From an uncultured Candidatus Marinamargulisbacteria bacterium (GTDB taxonomy: Bacteria > Margulisbacteria > Riflemargulisbacteria > GWF2-35-9): 25,734 nucleotides of DNA. The stretch covers positions 1 to 25,734 of the forward strand of contig CAIWAN010000025.1 of assembly GCA_903910705.1 (NCBI GenBank). Direction: 5' to 3'. Both the position numbers and the translations under genes were made by a program. Shown piece after piece: positions 16,664 to 23,801 of the stretch; the stretch's first letter is position 1; each line of letters starts with the position of its first letter. The notes under the pieces are model-generated. The model searched no databases, had not been told where the DNA came from, and saw nothing but the letters and a program-made list of their open reading frames with translations.

Positions 16664-16719
16664 CTCGCCCCAGCCCTTGCAGGAAATCTCCCCTAGCCCC
16701 TCTTTATAAAAGAGGGGGA
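16664..16719 (+). repeat. 56-bp direct repeat, copy 2 (46 bp exact core 16674-16719)
   Basis: Same orientation as the 15345-15400 copy; 2 mismatches in the 10-bp left extension. Confidence 0.92.
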
Positions 16720-16755
16720 TTCCCTACCCTGTCATGGCAAATTGTAAGGGTAACG

Positions 16756-17436
16756 CTACCTCGGTTTTAGCCGCAGCTTTCGAATCTCCCACTTTTTGGC
16801 TTTGGCGAGTTTGCGAAGCGCTTTTGAAGGATTGATGACGACAGGGTGTCCGACCATTTCGAGCATCGGCATGTCGGAGATATGATCGGAAAATGCAAAA
16901 CTATCCGCAAGACTAATGCCATCTTTTTTGGCGACGACTTTGATCTGTCGGCACTTCTCGGGGCCGTAACAGATCGTGCCCTCGATATGGCCCGTGAAAT
17001 GCTTATTTTTAATCTCTAGTTTTGAGGCGATGACTTCGCCAAACCCATAATGATCGCGAAGTAGCTTGGCCAGCGGTTCTAACGTGGAAGAGACAAAGTA
17101 GATCGCGAAGCCTTCTTTTCGAAAGGAGTTGAGGAAGGTCGACGAATCCGGATAGATGCGCGGTTTGATGCGTTGATCGAAGCACTCAGCAAAAACAGCG
17201 AGGAGTTCATCGGCGGTCATTTGGCTAAAGACTTTGCCGATCAAGGAGTCGGTTTTGTCGATGATATGGTTAAAGTTTTTGATAATGTTGAACTTGTATT
17301 GAAGATACCAAAAGAAAGCACGAATAAGGAGAGAACTAGGCACAATCCCTCGCTTAAAGGCGTAAGAAATGAGTAAGTTAATGGCGGTACCACGAATGAG
17401 CGTGTGGTCGATGTCGATGAAAACGGCTTTCTTCAG
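16756..17436 (-). CDS. HAD-superfamily IB hydrolase (SerB-like phosphatase)
   Basis: AVFIDIDHTLIRG, FVSSTLEPLAKLL, ADSFAFSDHISDMPMLEMVGHPVVINPSKAL. Probable CTG start at 17436 after AAGGAGG (17450-17444). Confidence 0.83.
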   Translation of the reverse strand: MKKAVFIDIDHTLIRGTAINLLISYAFKRGIVPSSLLIRAFFWYLQYKFNIIKNFNHIIDKTDSLIGKVFSQMTADELLAVFAECFDQRIKPRIYPDSSTFLNSFRKEGFAIYFVSSTLEPLAKLLRDHYGFGEVIASKLEIKNKHFTGHIEGTICYGPEKCRQIKVVAKKDGISLADSFAFSDHISDMPMLEMVGHPVVINPSKALRKLAKAKKWEIRKLRLKPR

Positions 17437-17483
17437 GGCAGAGCCTCCTTGGGGCGTTCCTCTAGGATTGACGCAACTAAGTG

Positions 17484-17512
17484 TTGTCACTCCGGCAAGC
17501 CCAGAGTATGAT
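17484..17512 (+). promoter_or_regulatory. Candidate promoter TTGTCA-N17-TATGAT for secG
   Basis: TTGTCA 17484-17489, TATGAT 17507-17512. Confidence 0.5.
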
Positions 17513-17536
17513 AGGGTATATCCAATAAGGAGGCAA
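17508..17536 (-). promoter_or_regulatory. Candidate promoter TTGCCT-N17-TATCAT for the HAD phosphatase gene
   Basis: Minus strand: -35 at 17536-17531, -10 at 17513-17508. Confidence 0.45.
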
Positions 17537-17538
17537 GG

Positions 17539-17757
17539 GTGAAGATTCTCTTATTGTTGATCCAAATGACGTCAGCGCTCAGCTTGATCGTGTTCGTTTT
17601 GCTTCATGCTGCAAAGGGTGAAGGTCTCGGCTCGATCGGTGTTCAAGCAAGGATGTTCGCGAGCCATAAGGGTCTTGAAGAAGGCCTGAATCGGTTGACG
17701 GGCATTGCGGCTGGCATCTTTTTGCTCAGTTCATTACTCCTTGGCATTGTCCACTAA
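17539..17757 (+). CDS. secG: Preprotein translocase subunit SecG
   Basis: 72 aa, two TM segments, VLLHAAKGEGLGSIG; GTG start after aaggagg. Confidence 0.8.
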   Translation: MKILLLLIQMTSALSLIVFVLLHAAKGEGLGSIGVQARMFASHKGLEEGLNRLTGIAAGIFLLSSLLLGIVH

Positions 17758-18011
17758 TCATCGATGACCGACGTGCTTACGCTGAGTCAAAAGCTAGAGT
17801 TCCTCTGGAAGGATGTTCTATCTATTGTCAAAGTATTGATGGCGGGGGCTACCCAAAAGCGATTCTCGATAATTTTAAACCGTTAACCAAACGACATGTT
17901 CAAGGGTTCATCAGCGAAGCCAAGCGATCCCCTACCTGTCAGACCTGTCCATCGAATTGTTGTGCCCGCCTTGAAGGCAAGATCCTGCTTACGCTCAAAG
18001 ATGTCGCGCGT

Positions 18012-18455
18012 TTGGTGGATGCGGGCAAAGCGGACTCGATCGTGGGAACCTATAAAGGGTTTGCAGCCATCCTCGATCAATATTTGTCGGAGAGAAACCC
18101 TGATGTCTTTAGCGCGGTCAATGTCATGATGAATGAGAAAATGAATGAGACCTCGTATATGCCTTCACTGAAGAAGGTCGAAAAACGATGTGTCTTTTTA
18201 GACGATACCCTTCAATGCAGCGCCTATAAGGTTCGCCCTGAGGCGTGTCGGCGATACCCCTTTGATTTTGACCATCGCTCTCATTGGATCACGTGGGATC
18301 CGGCTTGTCCGAGCACGGAGCCCTTGATGGACGAGGCTCAACCCAAGATCGTTTCGACTATTCTTGACGCTGAAAATGAGCGTTTGCGTGATATTGCGCT
18401 GATCATGTTGGATCGCGATGCGTTGGTTCAGATCGGTTACGGGGATTATTTGTGA
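18012..18455 (+). CDS. YkgJ-family cysteine-cluster (Fe-S/Zn binding) protein; true start lies further upstream
   Basis: Frame is open upstream of the TTG at 18012 and encodes SPTCQTCPSNCCARLEGKILLTLKDVARL, followed by CVFLDDTLQCSAYKVRPEACRRYPF. Confidence 0.7.
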   Translation: MVDAGKADSIVGTYKGFAAILDQYLSERNPDVFSAVNVMMNEKMNETSYMPSLKKVEKRCVFLDDTLQCSAYKVRPEACRRYPFDFDHRSHWITWDPACPSTEPLMDEAQPKIVSTILDAENERLRDIALIMLDRDALVQIGYGDYL

Positions 18456-18958
18456 TCGCCACCGATAAGGTTCGAGAGCTTGAGCGCCTTCAACAACAAG
18501 AACAACGGGTCTATGAGAAGTTCATGATCAGTCTTGAAGGACAGGTTCGTCAGCTCCTCCCTCAAATCAACCAACCCGAATTGCTTAATGAGATGATGGT
18601 GGAGAAGAGTCAGATGATGGAGCATATCCAACAGATCGAAAAAGAACTGGGCCCTTTACGACGGGAGATCGGGCAGCTTTCAAGTCAGGGCAAGCTCGTT
18701 AACGTAAATCCAGCCATGGTGGAACAGATCAAGACCATTGATCTAAATATTATCGATCTGATCACGCGGATCTCTAAAACCGAGCAAGAATTGACCAATA
18801 AGATCAAAGACCATATGGATATTATTAAAGAGCGGCTTCAACTCATCGGCCAAGAACGTCAAATTAACACCAAATATGGCTCGAAAAGACCGGTGCAGGC
18901 GTTCCATTCCCCTGATGAGTCGTCGGCCATTCCCTCTCAATTTGATTCTGCGGGTTAG
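18452..18958 (+). CDS. Coiled-coil protein, possibly FlgN-like flagellar chaperone
   Basis: GTGA overlap with the previous stop; Gln/Glu-rich helical sequence; position near the flagellar operon. Family assignment is weak. Confidence 0.45.
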   Translation: MIATDKVRELERLQQQEQRVYEKFMISLEGQVRQLLPQINQPELLNEMMVEKSQMMEHIQQIEKELGPLRREIGQLSSQGKLVNVNPAMVEQIKTIDLNIIDLITRISKTEQELTNKIKDHMDIIKERLQLIGQERQINTKYGSKRPVQAFHSPDESSAIPSQFDSAG

Positions 18959-19629
18959 ACCTGAAGTTCTCTGACGATCGACTCGATCGATTCCCCTTTG
19001 TGAAGACGTTGGGTCATCAGCGATCGGATCTCGGCTGCATTATGATCGCTTCCATGTCGCCGAAGCCACATGATGACGAGCTGATCGATGGAGTAGACTT
19101 GGACCGGTAGGGGCGTGACGGGACCCTCTTCGGGGCTCTCTTGGAAAGACGGTTGTTCGATCAGCAAGGACTGAAGTTGATGGAAGGTGTCATCTTTTTG
19201 CTCTTTAATGAGGAGCGCTTTTTGTTGAAGCGATTTAAGCGTTTCGAGCTTGTCGGACTCGTAGATGGAATAGGGATATTGAGGGATGGACGCTTCGAGC
19301 GCATGGATCGTCTCAAGGACCCGAAGGAGCGCCTGGCTTTTTTCAAGCCACTCAACCTCAAGCGGCATGGCCTTCGAGATGAGCGTCTGAATATGGGGGT
19401 TGGTCTGCGTGAGCTCCAAATCACTGGTGACAAAGGCTTCGCCTAACGATTTGCCCGATTTTTTATAGTCGATGATACGTTGGATGATCTTGATATCGTT
19501 CGGGCTGTATTCGCGAACATTCCGAGGTCCAAGTTGAGGGGAGAGATAGCCCTTTATTTCCCAATATTGAAGCTGTCGATGCGTGCAGTCGGTAAGCTTG
19601 CAGACCTGTTTGCTTGAATACGTTGCCAT
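18955..19629 (-). CDS. MerR-family transcriptional regulator
   Basis: YSSKQVCKLTDCTHRQLQYWEIKGYLSPQLGPRNVREYSPNDIKIIQRIIDYKKSGKSL is a MerR HTH. Start refined to ATG 19629. Confidence 0.82.
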   Translation of the reverse strand: MATYSSKQVCKLTDCTHRQLQYWEIKGYLSPQLGPRNVREYSPNDIKIIQRIIDYKKSGKSLGEAFVTSDLELTQTNPHIQTLISKAMPLEVEWLEKSQALLRVLETIHALEASIPQYPYSIYESDKLETLKSLQQKALLIKEQKDDTFHQLQSLLIEQPSFQESPEEGPVTPLPVQVYSIDQLVIMWLRRHGSDHNAAEIRSLMTQRLHKGESIESIVRELQV

Positions 19630-19635
19630 ACGGAT

Positions 19636-19644
19636 ATGATAGCA
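19636..19644 (-). promoter_or_regulatory. Candidate extended -10 (TGCTATCAT) for merR
   Basis: Reverse complement reads TGCTATCATatccgtATG. Confidence 0.45.
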
Positions 19645-19662
19645 CAAAAAATGTCGTTCAAA

Positions 19663-19691
19663 TTGACACGAGTAGGGGGCATTGCTATTAT
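19663..19691 (+). promoter_or_regulatory. Near-consensus sigma70-type promoter TTGACA-N17-TATTAT for the flgB operon
   Basis: TTGACA 19663-19668, TATTAT 19686-19691, flgB ATG at 19698. Confidence 0.7.
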
Positions 19692-19697
19692 TCAAAT

Positions 19698-20099
19698 ATG
19701 AATTTGTTGGACGACAGTTTTGACGTTATCCGAAAGGGATTAAGCCTCTCTTCTTTTCGCCACGACCTGATCGCCAACAATATTGCCAACAACGCCACGC
19801 CCGGATATCGACGGCGTGATGTCGACTTTCGAGGTGTCCTTTCGGCGCAGATGAAGGAAACGATCCCTGCCTATCTGACGAATAAAAATCATCTGGCGTT
19901 TAACCACGAATCATTCGATCGGTCGATGTTCACCAATCAGCCCAATGAGACGGATATTAAGTCCGATGGGAACAACGTCGATTTGGATAAAGAAGTCGTC
20001 AATATGTCAAATAACAGTGTATACTACAGCACCTTGGCTACGGTTCTAAACAAGAAATTCAGGGTGTTACGAACAGCCATTTCAGAGAGGGTGAGCTAA
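19698..20099 (+). CDS. flgB: Flagellar basal-body rod protein FlgB
   Basis: SSFRHDLIANNIANNATPGYRRRDVDFRGVL and C-terminal YYSTLATVLNKKFRVLRTAI. Confidence 0.92.
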   Translation: MNLLDDSFDVIRKGLSLSSFRHDLIANNIANNATPGYRRRDVDFRGVLSAQMKETIPAYLTNKNHLAFNHESFDRSMFTNQPNETDIKSDGNNVDLDKEVVNMSNNSVYYSTLATVLNKKFRVLRTAISERVS

Positions 20100-20103
20100 G
20101 CTC

Positions 20104-20529
20104 ATGGGGTTCTTTAATTCATCGATCATTTCTGGCAGTGGGATGAGTGTGTCTCGTCAGATCATGGATTTGATCTCTGAGAATTTAGCCAACGTCAATA
20201 CCCTTCAGACCGATGAGGGGGGGCCGTATCGCCGGAAAGTCCCCGTCATTGCGAATAAACAAACGGGGACCTTTGAACAAATACTCGGGCAGCAGATGCA
20301 AGAGGTCGTCTATGTCGCAAGCATTACCCGAGATGGCAGCGCTCCTCGCCTCGATTATGATCCAACGCACCCCCTTGCCGATGCGAATGGGTATGTTAAA
20401 AAACCCAATATCAATGTGTCGCTAGAGATGGTCAATATGCTCGATGCAACGCGTACCTATGAGGCCAATGTAGCGGCCTACAACACATCTAAATCGATGG
20501 CCTCTAAAGCGCTTCAGATAGGGGCATAG
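20104..20529 (+). CDS. flgC: Flagellar basal-body rod protein FlgC
   Basis: SENLANVNTLQTDEGGPYRRKVPV, YVKKPNINVSLEMVNMLDATRTYEANVAAYNTSKSMASKALQIG. Confidence 0.93.
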   Translation: MGFFNSSIISGSGMSVSRQIMDLISENLANVNTLQTDEGGPYRRKVPVIANKQTGTFEQILGQQMQEVVYVASITRDGSAPRLDYDPTHPLADANGYVKKPNINVSLEMVNMLDATRTYEANVAAYNTSKSMASKALQIGA

Positions 20530-20532
20530 TTC

Positions 20533-22086
20533 ATGCCAGCTTTTTTTCGGGTTATCTTCGAACAGATCGTTGCGGTCATTAAAGACCTAAGCGTTGCACA
20601 ACGGATGACGTTGATCCTTTTAGGCGCGGTGATCTTTGTCTCCTTGTTCGCGCTGACGATCTGGGGCTCTCGACCGGACTACCAAACGCTGTATGCGGGT
20701 CTGAGCGCACAAGACGCGGGAGATGTGGTTAAGAAATTAGCCGAGAAAAATGTGCCCTATAAATTGGGTGCCGATGGGACCACCATTCTGGTTCCGGCAA
20801 AAAATGTCCGTGAAACGCGGGTTGCGTTGGCGAGTGAAGGATTACCCAAGGTTAGCAGCGTTGGGTTTGAATTGTTCGATCAATTTAAACTCGGCACCAC
20901 TGAGTTTACCCAAAAGGTCAATTATCAGCGAGCCATGGAAGCCGAACTGGCACGAACCGTCATGACCATCAAAGAAATTCAGGCGGCTCGGGTCCATATT
21001 GTGATCCCCGAAGATTCATTGTTTGCGGAAGACAACAAAGAGGGAGCCTCGGCTTCACTGGTCATTGATCTGGCAGGGTCTCAGCCGTTAAGGGATGGAC
21101 AGGTGAACGGGCTGGTCCATTTGATCGCGAGCTCGGTCAAAGGGCTGTCTGCGAAGAATGTTTCGATCGTGGATACGCACGGGAATGTGCTGTATGCCTA
21201 TTCGGAAGATGAAGGGATGCAGGCGGGGCTGAGTATGACCCAAGTTGAAGTCCAGCGAAAAGTCGAGAAAAGCATTCAGTCCCAGATCGAAAGTATGTTA
21301 ACGAATGTTTTTGGGGCTAAATCGTGTGTGGTTCGGGTGAATGTGGCGATGAATTTTGACCGATTGAACGCTGACAGCGAAACGTACCTCCCCTCTGAGG
21401 TCCAAAATGTTCGGAGTGAGCGCGCGATTGAAGAAGGGTATAAGGGCAACAATACGCCGCCCCCCGCCAACTTGAACATCCCTGCGGGGCAAAGTAACGC
21501 TCAGAACTCAAATTATTCAAAGACAGACGAGACGCGGAATTTTGAGCTTTCAAAGCGGGTTGAACATTTCACAAAATCACCTGGCGCTATCCAGAAATTA
21601 TCCATTGCGGTTATCTTGGATCGAAAATTAAAGGACGATGAAAAGCAAAATTTGATGGATGCGATCTCCTCCGCTTCAGGACTCGATAAAGATCGAGGCG
21701 ATGTGTTAACACTGTCGACGTTCCCCTTTGATAAGACCTCGCTTGAAAAAGACACCAAAGAAATGAAGACCATGAAACAGAATGAGACGATCATGACGAT
21801 ATTAAAAAATATGGGGCTCATCATCTTGTTGATCCTGACCGTGATCTATGCGCGCCGGCAACTACGCCGACTCTCGACCATCTCGGCATCAGGGGGCGCA
21901 TGGGGCGTGAATCAAGTGGCGGGGACGACGCGTGAAGTGCCAGCGTCTATTCTTCCCCAAGATGAAGTCGAACTGAGTCCAGATGACCAAAAGAAACAGG
22001 CCATGAAAAACTCCATTATTGATATGGCGCATACCGATCCAGATGTTTTTGCTAAGATCCTTCGTCGATGGTTGTCTGAAGACTAG
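20533..22086 (+). CDS. fliF: Flagellar MS-ring protein FliF
   Basis: YQTLYAGLSAQDAGDVVKKLAEKNVPYKLGADGTTILVPAKNVRETRVALASEGLP; EFTQKVNYQRAMEAELARTV; C-terminal FliG-binding-like tail. Confidence 0.95.
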   Translation: MPAFFRVIFEQIVAVIKDLSVAQRMTLILLGAVIFVSLFALTIWGSRPDYQTLYAGLSAQDAGDVVKKLAEKNVPYKLGADGTTILVPAKNVRETRVALASEGLPKVSSVGFELFDQFKLGTTEFTQKVNYQRAMEAELARTVMTIKEIQAARVHIVIPEDSLFAEDNKEGASASLVIDLAGSQPLRDGQVNGLVHLIASSVKGLSAKNVSIVDTHGNVLYAYSEDEGMQAGLSMTQVEVQRKVEKSIQSQIESMLTNVFGAKSCVVRVNVAMNFDRLNADSETYLPSEVQNVRSERAIEEGYKGNNTPPPANLNIPAGQSNAQNSNYSKTDETRNFELSKRVEHFTKSPGAIQKLSIAVILDRKLKDDEKQNLMDAISSASGLDKDRGDVLTLSTFPFDKTSLEKDTKEMKTMKQNETIMTILKNMGLIILLILTVIYARRQLRRLSTISASGGAWGVNQVAGTTREVPASILPQDEVELSPDDQKKQAMKNSIIDMAHTDPDVFAKILRRWLSED

Positions 22087-22088
22087 CT

Positions 22089-23093
22089 ATGGTTGATCGA
22101 ATATCTGGAAAACGAAAAGCCGCCCTCCTTCTTTTGGCTCTTGGTCGAGACTCGACGATTCAACTTTTCAAGAATCTAAATGAAGACGAAGTGTCTGATC
22201 TGACCATGGAGTTGGCCCGAATTTCGAAGGTATCCCCCAAAGAACAAGACTCCATTATTGAGGAGTTCTATTATGACAGCAAGGCACAGAGTTATATTTC
22301 TCGGGGTGGCGTCAAATATGCACAAGAAGTGTTGGAGCAAGCGCTTGGCAAAGAGAAGGCCGCCAAAATAATTGCTAATTTATCTCAAACGATCCAAGTC
22401 GCTCCGTTTGAGTTCCTAGAAAAAGCCGAAGCGACGCATATCGTTCGGTTTATTCATGATGAACAACCTCAAACCATCGCCCTTATATTGGCTCACCTTG
22501 ACCCCTTGGTGGCTGGCAATATTCTTTCCTCTTTGCCCGAAGAGATCCAGCCGGAAGTGGCGCGTCGAATCGCCATCATGGACCAGACTCCGCCGGATAT
22601 CATCCATCAAGTTGAAAAGGTGCTGCAAGAGAAGATGTCAGCCTATATCGTTCAAGATTTTTCAAGCTCGGGCGGGGTGAAAGCCTTGGTGGACGTCATC
22701 AATCGCGTGGATCGATCGACAGAGAAAAAGATCATGGACTATCTGGTTGAAGTTGACGAGACACTGGCCAACAAGATCAAACAATTGATGTTTGTGTTTG
22801 AAGATATCTTGAAAATTGACGACCGAACCATTCAGCGAATTATGCAGGATATTGATATGAAAGATTTGCCGATTGCCCTTAAGACAGCGAGTGAGTCACT
22901 TAAAGAAAAAGTATTTAGGAACCTTTCTGACCGAGCGGTGGATACCTTGAAAGAAGAAATGAACTATCAAGGGCCGGTGAGAATGTCGCAAGTTGAAGAA
23001 ACCCAACAGCGGATTGTTCATATTATTCGTAATCTTGAAGATGCGGGTGTTATTCAGCTTGCCCGTGCGGGTGAGATGGAAGAATTTGTGTAA
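22089..23093 (+). CDS. fliG: Flagellar motor switch protein FliG
   Basis: KAALLLLALGRD, LARISKVSPKEQDSIIEEF, EQPQTIALILAHLDP, MFVFEDILKIDDRTIQRIMQDIDMKDLPIALK. Confidence 0.96.
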   Translation: MVDRISGKRKAALLLLALGRDSTIQLFKNLNEDEVSDLTMELARISKVSPKEQDSIIEEFYYDSKAQSYISRGGVKYAQEVLEQALGKEKAAKIIANLSQTIQVAPFEFLEKAEATHIVRFIHDEQPQTIALILAHLDPLVAGNILSSLPEEIQPEVARRIAIMDQTPPDIIHQVEKVLQEKMSAYIVQDFSSSGGVKALVDVINRVDRSTEKKIMDYLVEVDETLANKIKQLMFVFEDILKIDDRTIQRIMQDIDMKDLPIALKTASESLKEKVFRNLSDRAVDTLKEEMNYQGPVRMSQVEETQQRIVHIIRNLEDAGVIQLARAGEMEEFV

Positions 23094-23096
23094 ACA

Positions 23097-23801
23097 ATGA
23101 CCCGTATTATCAAAGTTGAAGATATGGTTGCTCGAAATTTACCCAAGGTAGCCCCTAGACTGACGACCTTTTATCGTGAAGAGAAGGTGATTGCGCTGCT
23201 CAAACAAGCCGAGTCCATTGCCGACCAGTTATTGAAAGATCGAAGCCGGATTGAGTCCGAGTATATCACTCAGATGGAGGCGGATCGTGCACACGCCTTG
23301 ATTGAGATCGCACAGATCAAAGAACAAGCTCGGCAAGACGGGCTAAAGGCCGGAAAAGAAGAGGCCTACCAAGCGTTCTCGGCGGTGTTTGATCATGTCG
23401 AGGCTGTTAAAATGGAATTTATTGCGCAACGGAAAGGGTGGGCTGAAGAGGCCGAAGCGGATATTGTGAAGCTCACCCTGGTTATAGCTGAAAAGCTTCT
23501 TCAGCAAGAACTTGCGACCCATCCCGACCTGATCGTTGGTATGATCAAAGCCATTTTGAAGGAAACGAGCGAGAACCAACGGCTGACACTCCAAGTGAAT
23601 CCAGAGGACCTATCGCTGATCCATACACACCTTCCTGAACTCAAGCAAACACTCGGGGCTGTTAAGATCTTTGAGGCCGAGTCCAATCCGAGTATTCCTC
23701 GAGGTGGGGTTGTTTTTGATATGGATTCGGGAATGTTAGACGCTCGGATCGAAACCCAAATGGCCAAACTCTATCAATCCCTTGTGAATGACCCCGCTTA
23801 A
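23097..23801 (+). CDS. fliH: Flagellar assembly protein FliH
   Basis: Position between fliG and fliI; ITQMEADRAHALIEIAQIKEQARQDGLKAGKEEAYQ and LTLVIAEKLLQQEL. Confidence 0.85.
   Translation: MTRIIKVEDMVARNLPKVAPRLTTFYREEKVIALLKQAESIADQLLKDRSRIESEYITQMEADRAHALIEIAQIKEQARQDGLKAGKEEAYQAFSAVFDHVEAVKMEFIAQRKGWAEEAEADIVKLTLVIAEKLLQQELATHPDLIVGMIKAILKETSENQRLTLQVNPEDLSLIHTHLPELKQTLGAVKIFEAESNPSIPRGGVVFDMDSGMLDARIETQMAKLYQSLVNDPA

Noticed and set aside
8272-16719. Interpreting the DUF4143 ATPases as part of a multi-gene defence island
   Set aside because: Immediate neighbours are housekeeping or metabolic genes; no nuclease, restriction, or CBASS/retron-type partner was seen.
15310-16750. Treating the 56-bp repeats as CRISPR or as transposon terminal inverted repeats
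   Set aside because: Only two copies 1.3 kb apart with a gene between them, direct rather than inverted orientation, no cas or transposase gene.
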